Source: a virus (lineage: Duplodnaviria > Caudoviricetes). Taken from it: a stretch of 61,372 nt of DNA. The notes under the pieces were generated by a model, which searched no databases, had not been told where the DNA came from, and saw nothing but the letters and a program-made list of their open reading frames with translations. A program made the translations under genes and the position numbers. The first letter of the stretch is position 1. Each line of letters begins with the position of its first letter. Positions 27,102 to 35,263 of this stretch are shown here, piece after piece. The stretch spans positions 1 through 61,372 of IMG/VR virus record IMGVR_UViG_3300021560_000002; one strand, given 5' to 3'.

Positions 27102-29198
27102 TTGTCTGACAACGTTAAAATGTGGGACTGGCAATGTCCGCCCGCTGCGTGCTCGGATGCACAAAAGTTAGGATGGATTAACTCCGCGACCGAGGAGGGC
27201 CAAGCGTGGCTCGGATCGCAGCGCGGCTCGCGGGACTTCCGCCGCGCGCTCGACGTTCTCGCCGGGCTCGATACCATCTCTCGCTCCGCCGCGACCTACC
27301 GTTCCCAGCTCAATACTAACCCGCTGAAGCGCAACGTCCGGGAGATTGTTGGCACGCTCGCCCGGCTGCGTCCGGTCTGGGGCTACGGAGCCGACAACGC
27401 CGCCTTCAAGCCGCACGCGCAGATGATGAACCTGACCGTCCGCGCCTTGTACCTCGAAAACTTCTTCGACCTGCGCATCCGCGACGCGCTGATGTGGGCG
27501 GCGGCGACCTCGCGCGGTTTTCTGCATCCCATATTTCTGCGTCCGCCGGGGCAGCACGAGTCGTCGATCGAGCTGAAAGCCTATGGCGCGCCTTCCGTAC
27601 TCCCCGTCCAGCTTCCCTCCGACGGCAACTGGCAGCGCGCCTACGCCGTCTCCATCCTCGACGAGATGCCGATTTACCTGGCGCACGGGATGTGGCCGAG
27701 TAAGCAGGGCGTGCTGCGTCCCTCGTCGCCGCGCTACTGGTACGCGAACGACGCTATCCGCAAATCCGTCTCCGGCAACTGGATCCAGCGCATGTACTCG
27801 TGGACGCGGCGCGCGGCGGGATCGGACGCCCTGCAATCGAACCTGCTGATTCCCATCCGCAAGACCTACGTCATCGACCTTTCGATTAACTCGACCGACC
27901 GCCCGATTCCGATGGGCGAGCCAGGGACGACTTGGTCCTACACCGTCCCTTACATTGGCCAAGAGATTCCCATCGGCCGCGACCCCGTTACCGGGCAGCC
28001 GCTGACCCGCCGCGCCGACGAGAACGACGCGCGGCTGTATCCGAACCGCCGGCTGTTGATCTCCTCCGACACCGCCATGCTCTACGACGGCCCGAACTTC
28101 GACTGGCATGGGATGCTGCCCTTGGTCTCGTTCTCGCTCGACGACTGGCCGTGGGAGCCGCTCGGCTTCTCGCTCGTCCACGAAGGCTACGAGATCAACG
28201 AGGCGATCAAGGAACTCGACCGCGGCAACATGGACAAGGCGCGCGCGATGCTCGACCTGCCGATGGCCTATGACACCAACGCCGTGTCGCTGGCCGACGC
28301 CCGGCGCTTCGACCCGATGCAGCCGCGCGCGCGAGTTGGATTCGACAGCGCCGCGGGCTCCGACTTCGTGATGAAGCCGATTGTCGAGGCCGACGTTTAC
28401 AAGATCGACCCGACGACTCTCCAATTCCGCGAGCTGCTCAAGCAGGCGCTCTCCGAGCAATACGCGCTGACCGACGTCATGGCGCTCGGTAAGCTGCGCG
28501 CCGTCGGCGCGATGTCCGATCTGGAGAAGATCGTCGAAGCCAACGGGCCGATCGTCGAGGACATGTCGCGCGCGATGGAGCCGCCCATCCGCGACCTGGG
28601 CAACATGCTCAAGTTCCTGGTCTGCCAGTACATGACCACCGCGCGGGTGATGCAGTACGTCGGCGAAGACAACATGACGCCCGAGGCGTTCGACTATAAC
28701 CCGGCGTCGCTAGTGCCGTCGCATCTGCCGGGCGAGGACGCCGACTCCGCGTCTCCGACGACCCAGATGGAACGCGCGCGCATCTTCGCTGGCAACCTCC
28801 GCTTCCTGATCCTGCCGAACTCGCTGCACGAGATCACGCAGACGGCGCAGAAGCTGCTGCTCCTCCAACTCCGCAAGATCGGCGTTAAGATCGACTCGCA
28901 GACCGTCGCCGAGGCGTGCAACATCCCGAACTACGGCACGATTCCCGGCACGACAGTCATGGAGCGTTTCGCCGCTGAGCAGGAGATGGACCTGGAGTTC
29001 GCCGCGCGGATGAAAGCCATCGCCGAGGAAGAAGGGCTGATTCCGCAGCAGCCGGGAGCGCCTAACTCCGCCGGGCAGAAGCCGGGAGCTTCCGCGCCGG
29101 GCAAGGCGTCGGAAGGCCGTCCGCCGTCGTTTGAGTCCTCTCCGCAGCTCAAGTCCAAGGACAACGGTACGCGCTCGACGATTTCCACTTCCAAGTAA
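27102..29198 (+). CDS. Portal protein
   Basis: About 700 aa between TerL and scaffold/capsid; NPLKRNVREIVG.L helix and low-complexity tail; TTG start with GGAG SD (ATG 27120 is an alternative). Confidence 0.8.
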   Translation: MSDNVKMWDWQCPPAACSDAQKLGWINSATEEGQAWLGSQRGSRDFRRALDVLAGLDTISRSAATYRSQLNTNPLKRNVREIVGTLARLRPVWGYGADNAAFKPHAQMMNLTVRALYLENFFDLRIRDALMWAAATSRGFLHPIFLRPPGQHESSIELKAYGAPSVLPVQLPSDGNWQRAYAVSILDEMPIYLAHGMWPSKQGVLRPSSPRYWYANDAIRKSVSGNWIQRMYSWTRRAAGSDALQSNLLIPIRKTYVIDLSINSTDRPIPMGEPGTTWSYTVPYIGQEIPIGRDPVTGQPLTRRADENDARLYPNRRLLISSDTAMLYDGPNFDWHGMLPLVSFSLDDWPWEPLGFSLVHEGYEINEAIKELDRGNMDKARAMLDLPMAYDTNAVSLADARRFDPMQPRARVGFDSAAGSDFVMKPIVEADVYKIDPTTLQFRELLKQALSEQYALTDVMALGKLRAVGAMSDLEKIVEANGPIVEDMSRAMEPPIRDLGNMLKFLVCQYMTTARVMQYVGEDNMTPEAFDYNPASLVPSHLPGEDADSASPTTQMERARIFAGNLRFLILPNSLHEITQTAQKLLLLQLRKIGVKIDSQTVAEACNIPNYGTIPGTTVMERFAAEQEMDLEFAARMKAIAEEEGLIPQQPGAPNSAGQKPGASAPGKASEGRPPSFESSPQLKSKDNGTRSTISTSK

Positions 29199-29200
29199 CG

Positions 29201-29449
29201 ATGGCCGCGACGCTCCGACGACTTCCATCTCCCCCGCCATCGCCGTCCCAGCCGTCGCTGCCGCCCTGCGCCTCCCGCGACTCCCACTCGCTGACCCGTG
29301 AGCGCCAATTCGCGTCCAACATTCCGCTGATGGAGTTGTTCGTCATGCTGCGCAATGAGCGCGCCACGGGGACGATCCTGATCGACGTCCACGACGGCGG
29401 CGTCGGCGGCATCCGGTTCCGCGAGGAGCGCCGCATCGAGCCGCGCTAG
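29201..29449 (+). CDS. Small hypothetical protein
   Basis: Follows the portal; TGTILIDVHDGGVGGI beta-hairpin. Confidence 0.6.
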   Translation: MAATLRRLPSPPPSPSQPSLPPCASRDSHSLTRERQFASNIPLMELFVMLRNERATGTILIDVHDGGVGGIRFREERRIEPR

Positions 29450-29538
29450 CCCGCTGATCGCCTCTCTCCCTCTCTCTCTCTCCCCTTGACACTCGTGCTA
29501 TCCTCGTCCCGTTAGACTACTCTGACAACCCTCAGACT

Positions 29539-29573
29539 GGGCCGTGGCGATCGTCTCTGCTGCGGCCCTTTTT
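29539..29573 (+). terminator. Intrinsic terminator candidate
   Basis: GGGCCG...CGGCCC stem followed by T5. Confidence 0.55.
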
Positions 29574-29605
29574 CATCCTCTCCGTCACGATTCTGAAAAT
29601 AGTTG

Positions 29606-29635
29606 TTGACAAAGCGATTCCTGCGTGCGTAATGT
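29606..29635 (+). promoter_or_regulatory. Promoter upstream of the head operon
   Basis: TTGACA-N18-TAATGT with an AT-rich upstream element. Confidence 0.6.
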
Positions 29636-29641
29636 GCGTCC

Positions 29642-29744
29642 GGGTTCCAACTGGTCTCAGCCGCCGACGGCGCGAATCTGAGGCACCAAACGGCCCGCAT
29701 CGAGCGTCTCCCCGAAGACGTCTCCTTTGCGGGCTTTTTCTTTT
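29642..29744 (+). ncRNA. Candidate structured small RNA or attenuator leader
   Basis: Hairpin TGGT-CTCAG...CTGAG-ACCA, then GCCCGCA...TGCGGGC stem with TTTTTCTTTT, directly after a promoter. Confidence 0.45.
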
Positions 29745-29772
29745 GGGACCGACTCTGACACGGGAGAGTGGA

Positions 29773-29841
29773 ATGATCTCCAACGATCGTTTCGTCGCCA
29801 ACCGCCGGAAGCGTCATGGCGGCAAGCGCGGCCGCCGGTAG
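29773..29841 (+). CDS. Very small basic peptide (22 aa)
   Basis: MISNDRFVANRRKRHGGKRGRR; GGGAGAG SD. Confidence 0.5.
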   Translation: MISNDRFVANRRKRHGGKRGRR

Positions 29842-29959
29842 TCACCGTCCCTAAGCCGGAAACGAGCTGGCGCCACGCGGATGTGGGCCGCCAGTTCTCC
29901 GACTGACGGATCGACCGGAATTAGGGGCGGAGGGCCGTCGCCGCCTCCTTCGCAACCGT

Positions 29960-29997
29960 AGGACGCAGGACGCAGGACGCAGCGCCGCAGGACGCAG
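29960..29997 (+). repeat. AGGACGC heptamer tandem repeat
   Basis: Three perfect tandem copies plus one more nearby, intergenic. Confidence 0.75.
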
Positions 29998-30036
29998 TCG
30001 CCGCTGACGCGCGGCATCCGAGGGGAGAAAGCATCA

Positions 30037-30201
30037 ATGGCATACGGAAAGGGACGCAGCAAGTCCGGGGGGTTCGTCGGCAATCTGTCGAAGCTCGGCG
30101 GCTCCGGTCGCAAGCTGAACCTCAAGACCGATATGAAGACCGACTCGCATCACGCGGCTTCGATGAAGAAAGCGCACAAGCAGGCGCACAAGCGCGTCTG
30201 A
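30037..30201 (+). CDS. Small Lys/Gly-rich basic protein (54 aa)
   Basis: MAYGKGRSKSGG...KKAHKQAHKRV; GAGGGGAG SD. Confidence 0.65.
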   Translation: MAYGKGRSKSGGFVGNLSKLGGSGRKLNLKTDMKTDSHHAASMKKAHKQAHKRV

Positions 30202-30245
30202 GGACGCTACGACGCCCTCGCCGCCGACGCACACGAGACAGATGA

Positions 30246-30548
30246 ATGGCCTCAGCCACACGACCTTTGCCGCCGCCTCCGGGACAGGACTCGATTCCCG
30301 ACGGGCCTCCGCCCGACGCGACCTCGACGTCCGACTCTGGCGGAACGCAGCCCGCGCAGGAGTCTCCCGCGTCCTCGATGGGCACGCGGATGGTTCTCAA
30401 CGTGGTGCGCGACCTCCGCGCGATTGCCAAGGCGTTTCCAGCAGCGTCGCCAGCCGTCCACGAAATGCTGGCGCAGGTTCCAAAGATTCAACAGGCGATG
30501 TTCGCGTCCGCCAAGCCCGCAGAGCCTGCCGCTCCGCCCAACGCCTGA
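30246..30548 (+). CDS. Hypothetical protein (head module)
   Basis: Pro-rich N-terminus plus helical hairpin; lies before the scaffold. Confidence 0.65.
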   Translation: MASATRPLPPPPGQDSIPDGPPPDATSTSDSGGTQPAQESPASSMGTRMVLNVVRDLRAIAKAFPAASPAVHEMLAQVPKIQQAMFASAKPAEPAAPPNA

Positions 30549-30568
30549 CGCATGGGGGATGAACGACG

Positions 30569-31402
30569 ATGACTTACGCAGAGTATCTACGGTCCCTAGG
30601 GGCCACCGAAGACGAAGTCAAGGTGATGGACACGGGCATCGCCCGCCGCGCTTTCGATAAGCAGCAGGCGGATCTCGAAGCCGCCAACACCGCCCGCGAC
30701 GCCGCTGTCCGCGACCGCGAGACCAATATCAAGTGGGTGGACGAGCAAATCCGTCCCGCCTACGCCACGATGCAGAACGCGGTTATCAAGGCGCAGGCCG
30801 AGGAAGCCAGGGCGAAGCGAGCGCTGCTTTCGGCGCAGGAGCAGGGTCTTGTCGACGTCGCTAAGGACTTGGGCTATGACCCAGCTCCCCCCACGACGAC
30901 ACCAACGAAGACCGCTGACGGATTCGACGCCGCCCGCTACATGACGCGCGACGAGATTGTCAAACTCGCCGCCGACGAGGGCAACGCCATTGCCGTCGCG
31001 CAGGACATCGCCGCCGAACACGCCATCCTGTTCCCCGGCCAGCGGCTTAACTTCCGCGATCTGCTCTCCGAGGCCCGCCGCCAGAACACCACGGCCGAAG
31101 CGCTGTGGATGACGAAGTACAAAGTTTCCGAGGCTCGCGCCACGGCCGAAGCCAAGCGTGTAGCCGACCACGAAGCCGCGATTCGCAAGGACGAACGCGA
31201 GAAGGCGCAGGCGGAGTTCGCGTCGAAATACGCTAACCCAGCCACGTCTCCGCTGATGCCCTCGACGATGTCTTTCACGCCGCGCCCGAATACGCCGCAC
31301 GACAAGCAGCCGTGGGAGACGTCGCAATCGCAGCGCTCGAACGACCGCGTGATGAAGGTTGTGCCGAAGATCGTCGGCGACGCAATGCGGCAGGCGTCGT
31401 AG
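30569..31402 (+). CDS. Putative capsid scaffolding protein
   Basis: Helical/coiled-coil, charged, upstream of the major capsid gene. Confidence 0.65.
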   Translation: MTYAEYLRSLGATEDEVKVMDTGIARRAFDKQQADLEAANTARDAAVRDRETNIKWVDEQIRPAYATMQNAVIKAQAEEARAKRALLSAQEQGLVDVAKDLGYDPAPPTTTPTKTADGFDAARYMTRDEIVKLAADEGNAIAVAQDIAAEHAILFPGQRLNFRDLLSEARRQNTTAEALWMTKYKVSEARATAEAKRVADHEAAIRKDEREKAQAEFASKYANPATSPLMPSTMSFTPRPNTPHDKQPWETSQSQRSNDRVMKVVPKIVGDAMRQAS

Positions 31403-31409
31403 GGGAGAA

Positions 31410-31982
31410 ATGCGCGACCGCAAATACTATCGCCGGATACAAAGTCCTCGCATGGAATGGCGAGGCGCTGAGTATCTCGGATATAAGCTGGAGCCTACGG
31501 ACTGGGCTCGGCTGGCCGCGTATATCGACGGTGAGGGGTCGATCAACTTGGTCCCCCGAAAAACCCCGCACATGAAGTCCATGACATACTGTGCAAAGGT
31601 CGTTGTAACTAATACTGATTTTCGCTTGGCAAAGTGGTGCTACGACACCTTTGGCATGAAGTTCTACGGCCACTCAAACAATAATCGCCAAAATCCTAAT
31701 TGGAAGTCATGCGTAGTAGCGCAGGCGTGTGGATTCAAGGCCGCGTGGATTCTCAGAAATTGTCTTCCGTGGTTCGTGCTGAAAATGGCGCAGGCTGAGG
31801 TTGTGCTGGCGCACCAAGAAACCTTAGTTCCTGACGCCTTTCCTCGTGGGCAGGGATATCAGACGCCAACCGATATTCTTGAGATGCGTCTTGGTCTCAA
31901 GCAGCAGTTGACCGAACTCAACAAGCGCGGGCCTTCAAAGCTCGACGTGGCGTTACTAAATGAGACAGTTAAGGAGTCGTAA
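31410..31982 (+). CDS. Free-standing LAGLIDADG homing endonuclease
   Basis: ARLAAYIDGEGSI, VTNTD, LPWFVLK..QA; lower GC; GGGGAG SD. Confidence 0.85.
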   Translation: MRDRKYYRRIQSPRMEWRGAEYLGYKLEPTDWARLAAYIDGEGSINLVPRKTPHMKSMTYCAKVVVTNTDFRLAKWCYDTFGMKFYGHSNNNRQNPNWKSCVVAQACGFKAAWILRNCLPWFVLKMAQAEVVLAHQETLVPDAFPRGQGYQTPTDILEMRLGLKQQLTELNKRGPSKLDVALLNETVKES

Positions 31983-33128
31983 ATGGCAGATCCTACATTT
32001 GATCAACTTAGTGCGACCACGCTGGCAGAGCTGAAAGACGACGTCCTCTACGACGAATTCTTCGTCGACACCCCTTGGCTGCGGAAACTCCGCGCCTCGG
32101 GCGCCCTCGACGAGTTCATGGGCGGCCTGTTCATGCAGACGCCGTTCCAGTACAACCGCGTCAACGGCGGCGCGATCGCTCCTGGCTCCGACATTACCGT
32201 CGTGCAGGTGCAGATCCTCGCAGCGACGGCCTTCACGCCGAAGGAGTACGTCGAGCAGGTTCCGCTCAACCTGTTCCGCACCAACGTCATTCAAGGCGGC
32301 GGTCCGGCAGTCAAGGTGAAGGAAGTCGACGCCTACATGACCAACGCCGTGCAGGCGCTCAACACCGACATTGCCATCGACTTTTACCGCCACGGGCAGA
32401 ACATCTCCGGCTCCAATCGCGCGATCTACATCAACGGAATCTCCGAGGCGCTCAACGACGGCGTCAATCCTTCCTGGGACGGCAACGTCTTCACGACCTA
32501 CGGCGGCCAGACGCGCAACGGCGCGGTCGGCAACGTCCTGAACTCGATTCCGCTGTGGGTCGGCGACCAAGCGGGCAACACGGGGCAAATCACCTACAAG
32601 GCCGTCGTCGAAGGATACCTGAACGCCGTGCAGTCCCCGGACATCGGCCTCTGCAACAAAGCCCTCTATGCGTATCTGCTCGAGCGCCAAGAGCCCAAGC
32701 AGCGCGCGAATATGACTGAGCAGGACGTCACCATCGGCATGTCGGGCATCAAGCTGATGGACATGTATATATTCGTCGATAAGCTCGCGCCGTCGACCAA
32801 GTTCGGGCAGATTCTGCCGTCAGGACTCTCCCAGACGACCTCGATCAAGCCGGCGAACTTCACGACCCCGACGCTGACCTCGGCGCAGAACGCCATCTCG
32901 AACTTCCCGTCGGCGACGCTGTGCAAGCCGGGCGAGCCGCTGTTCCTGCTGCGCTCGCAGGGCTGGAAGCTCCGGCCCTCCGCCGACCCCGAGTACAACG
33001 GGAACTTCACGCCGCCGATCCGGTCGCAAACCAACCCGGACCTCGTCGTGACGTTCCTCAAGATGGCGCTCAACGCCTACACGACCGGGCCGCGCGACAA
33101 CACACAGTTCATCGGAGCGGGCTTCTAG
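31983..33128 (+). CDS. Major capsid protein
   Basis: 381 aa; LSATTL....D.LYD.FF...P start, NGISEA, YGGQTR; AAGGAG SD; strong codon bias. Confidence 0.88.
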   Translation: MADPTFDQLSATTLAELKDDVLYDEFFVDTPWLRKLRASGALDEFMGGLFMQTPFQYNRVNGGAIAPGSDITVVQVQILAATAFTPKEYVEQVPLNLFRTNVIQGGGPAVKVKEVDAYMTNAVQALNTDIAIDFYRHGQNISGSNRAIYINGISEALNDGVNPSWDGNVFTTYGGQTRNGAVGNVLNSIPLWVGDQAGNTGQITYKAVVEGYLNAVQSPDIGLCNKALYAYLLERQEPKQRANMTEQDVTIGMSGIKLMDMYIFVDKLAPSTKFGQILPSGLSQTTSIKPANFTTPTLTSAQNAISNFPSATLCKPGEPLFLLRSQGWKLRPSADPEYNGNFTPPIRSQTNPDLVVTFLKMALNAYTTGPRDNTQFIGAGF

Positions 33129-33191
33129 CGGTAGCGAGGTAGCGGCGACAACGATTTCAACCGGCGGCGGCGTCCGCAAGGAGAACAGACG

Positions 33192-33830
33192 ATGGCTGGC
33201 AATTACTTCGTAAAACAGGCGGACTTGCTCTCCGCCAGGTTCCTGAACGACGTCAACGACTCGGTCTCCGGCGGCGCGGTCGTTAGCGTGCCCTCGGGCG
33301 TCCAAGCTCCGCAGTCGTCACAGACACAGCCGGGCGACCGGATCTGCCTCGACGACGCGACGGCCTTGGCGCTGTCCGACACGACCATCGGCACTCTCTA
33401 CGGCGGTCTCTACATGTACGTCCAGTTCAAGACGACCACGCGCGCGGCCGTGCGCGGCGGTGTCTGCTTCTTCAAGACCGCCGACATCGGTACTGCCTAC
33501 ATCGTCTACGGCGACGCCGACCCCTCGACCACCGTTCCGACGCACATCGCGGGCATCCTCATCTGCGTCATCACCGCCAACAACTTTGGCTGGATTCAGA
33601 TTGCTGGCGCGGCGTCAGTTCTGTTCGACTCGGCGTCGCTGACCGCCGTCGCCGACGGCAACTGGGTCACGGCGAAGGTTTCGGCGTCAACCGCCTCGAC
33701 CGCCGACGTTGGCGCGACTGCTGGTGTCGTCACGCTTGCCGCGCTGCTCGGCGTAGCCTGCGGCATCCCGACTTCCGCCACCGTCTCAACCGTCATGCTG
33801 TTCCGCGGCGCGACTTGCGGCCGCATCTAG
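33192..33830 (+). CDS. Capsid cement/decoration protein
   Basis: Directly after the major capsid gene; YMYVQF...AGI....TANNFGWIQIAG pattern. Confidence 0.7.
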   Translation: MAGNYFVKQADLLSARFLNDVNDSVSGGAVVSVPSGVQAPQSSQTQPGDRICLDDATALALSDTTIGTLYGGLYMYVQFKTTTRAAVRGGVCFFKTADIGTAYIVYGDADPSTTVPTHIAGILICVITANNFGWIQIAGAASVLFDSASLTAVADGNWVTAKVSASTASTADVGATAGVVTLAALLGVACGIPTSATVSTVMLFRGATCGRI

Positions 33831-33859
33831 TCTAGCCTAGGGCTCAGGAGGCCGCAGCG

Positions 33860-34249
33860 ATGTCGAACACAATCATCCCCGGCTACGAGATGCCGGTTTC
33901 CGACAAGAAACTCGTCGTCTTCGACCACTACGGCCCGGCGTCTTACACGCAGTTCTCCTCGGGCACGGGCGGCGACATCATCAACGCCTCCGACCTCAAC
34001 GAAGGCGGATTCGACGACCTCGAAGCCGACATGACCGACCCGACGGGACAACTCTATGCCTTCGTCATTCCCGGCTCCGGCGCGGCCACCAACGTTGGCA
34101 ACGGCAACGCCTTCACTTCCGCCGTCGTCGTCTGGTACTCGCGTGTCAGCGCCACCGTCGGAGGGCAGTCGCAGACAGCCGGAACGCAGGTCGCCGCGTC
34201 CACTAACCTCTCGACGTTTGCCCTGCGCATCCGCGGGCTCTGCGTCTAG
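33860..34249 (+). CDS. Putative virion structural protein
   Basis: GPASY....GG...EVA-like ASTNLS pattern; AGGAGG SD. Confidence 0.65.
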   Translation: MSNTIIPGYEMPVSDKKLVVFDHYGPASYTQFSSGTGGDIINASDLNEGGFDDLEADMTDPTGQLYAFVIPGSGAATNVGNGNAFTSAVVVWYSRVSATVGGQSQTAGTQVAASTNLSTFALRIRGLCV

Positions 34250-34261
34250 GGAGGCCCGGCC

Positions 34262-35263
34262 ATTGCCTTCCAAGACCTTGCCGCTGAGATCCGGGGCTGC
34301 GTACCCAAACTCCCGTTCGCCTATTCCCGCACCCTAGTCAACCGCGCTTGGCTGACCATCCGGCGCTCGCAGCTCTGGTCGTTTCAGCTGTTCACGTCAT
34401 CGTGGATTACCCCGCCGCCCATCATGGGCGTGGGCACGGTCACGGCGACGCAAGGTTCCGACGCTCTCATCTTCGACGCCACGGCCATTGCCGCGATCAA
34501 CTCGTGGCAGGCGGCTAATCCTTATGTCCTGTCGACGCAGATGCAGTTCCGCATCGCCGTCGGCGGCATCTATTCCCTCATCCAGTACGACCCCATCGCT
34601 GGCGGCGCGACGCTTGACCGCCCGTTCGGAGACCCCGGTGGCTCCGGCCTCGCCTTCCAGCTTTATCAGCTTTACTACGCGACGCCCTACGCCGACTTCC
34701 GCGCGTGGCTGACGATCCGCAACCCGTCGATGTACACCAATTTCGACTTGACCGCGACCCGCTCGCAGATTGACGCTGTCGATCCTCAGCGCACCTGGTA
34801 CCAGTTCCCGACCAAAGCCGTGGCGTTCATGCGGGACCAGCGCGGCGCGGGGACCACCAACGCTTCCGCGACGCTCGGCTTTCCTCTGTTCGAGCTATGG
34901 GGCCAGCCCGTCACCCCGTTCACCTACCAGTGCTACGGGATTCGCTTGGGCGCCGACCTCGTCCAGCCGACTGACACTCTGCCGCTGCCGATCACCGAAG
35001 ACCTCGTTGCGGCAATGGCCCGCGTCTACGCCTATGAGTGGGCCGAGGCCAACAAGGACATGGCTCCGCGCGCCGTCGGCCCCGACTTTCGCTTTCTCAT
35101 CGGCGAAGCCAAGGACGTATACAGGAAACTATTGACAGAGGTACGGCGTGAGGATAGAGAGTATTGCGACAACTATTACGCTCAGACAGGGCTAAATGGC
35201 GGTCGCGTCAACGCCATCTACAATACTATTGCGGGGGTAGCGTCACCGTATGGGCCGTTCTAG
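34262..35263 (+). CDS. Head-tail adaptor / tail tubular protein (ATT start proposed)
   Basis: In-frame extension upstream of ATG 34424 reads (M)AFQDLAAEIRG...TLVNRAWLTIRRSQLWSF, an adaptor-like N-terminus; GGGAGG 7 nt before ATT. Confidence 0.65.
   Translation: MAFQDLAAEIRGCVPKLPFAYSRTLVNRAWLTIRRSQLWSFQLFTSSWITPPPIMGVGTVTATQGSDALIFDATAIAAINSWQAANPYVLSTQMQFRIAVGGIYSLIQYDPIAGGATLDRPFGDPGGSGLAFQLYQLYYATPYADFRAWLTIRNPSMYTNFDLTATRSQIDAVDPQRTWYQFPTKAVAFMRDQRGAGTTNASATLGFPLFELWGQPVTPFTYQCYGIRLGADLVQPTDTLPLPITEDLVAAMARVYAYEWAEANKDMAPRAVGPDFRFLIGEAKDVYRKLLTEVRREDREYCDNYYAQTGLNGGRVNAIYNTIAGVASPYGPF

Noticed and set aside
29642-29744. tRNA or known riboswitch
   Set aside because: No cloverleaf or T-loop in the correct position, and no aptamer consensus I recognise.
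29857-29920. Hammerhead ribozyme (GAAAC ... CTGACGG)
   Set aside because: The core needs CUGANGA; the sequence reads CTGACGG and stems I/II cannot be built.
33126-34249. Genome-wide TAG recoding
   Set aside because: Long genes are uninterrupted in code 11 and TAG stops coincide with sensible gene ends followed by SD sequences.
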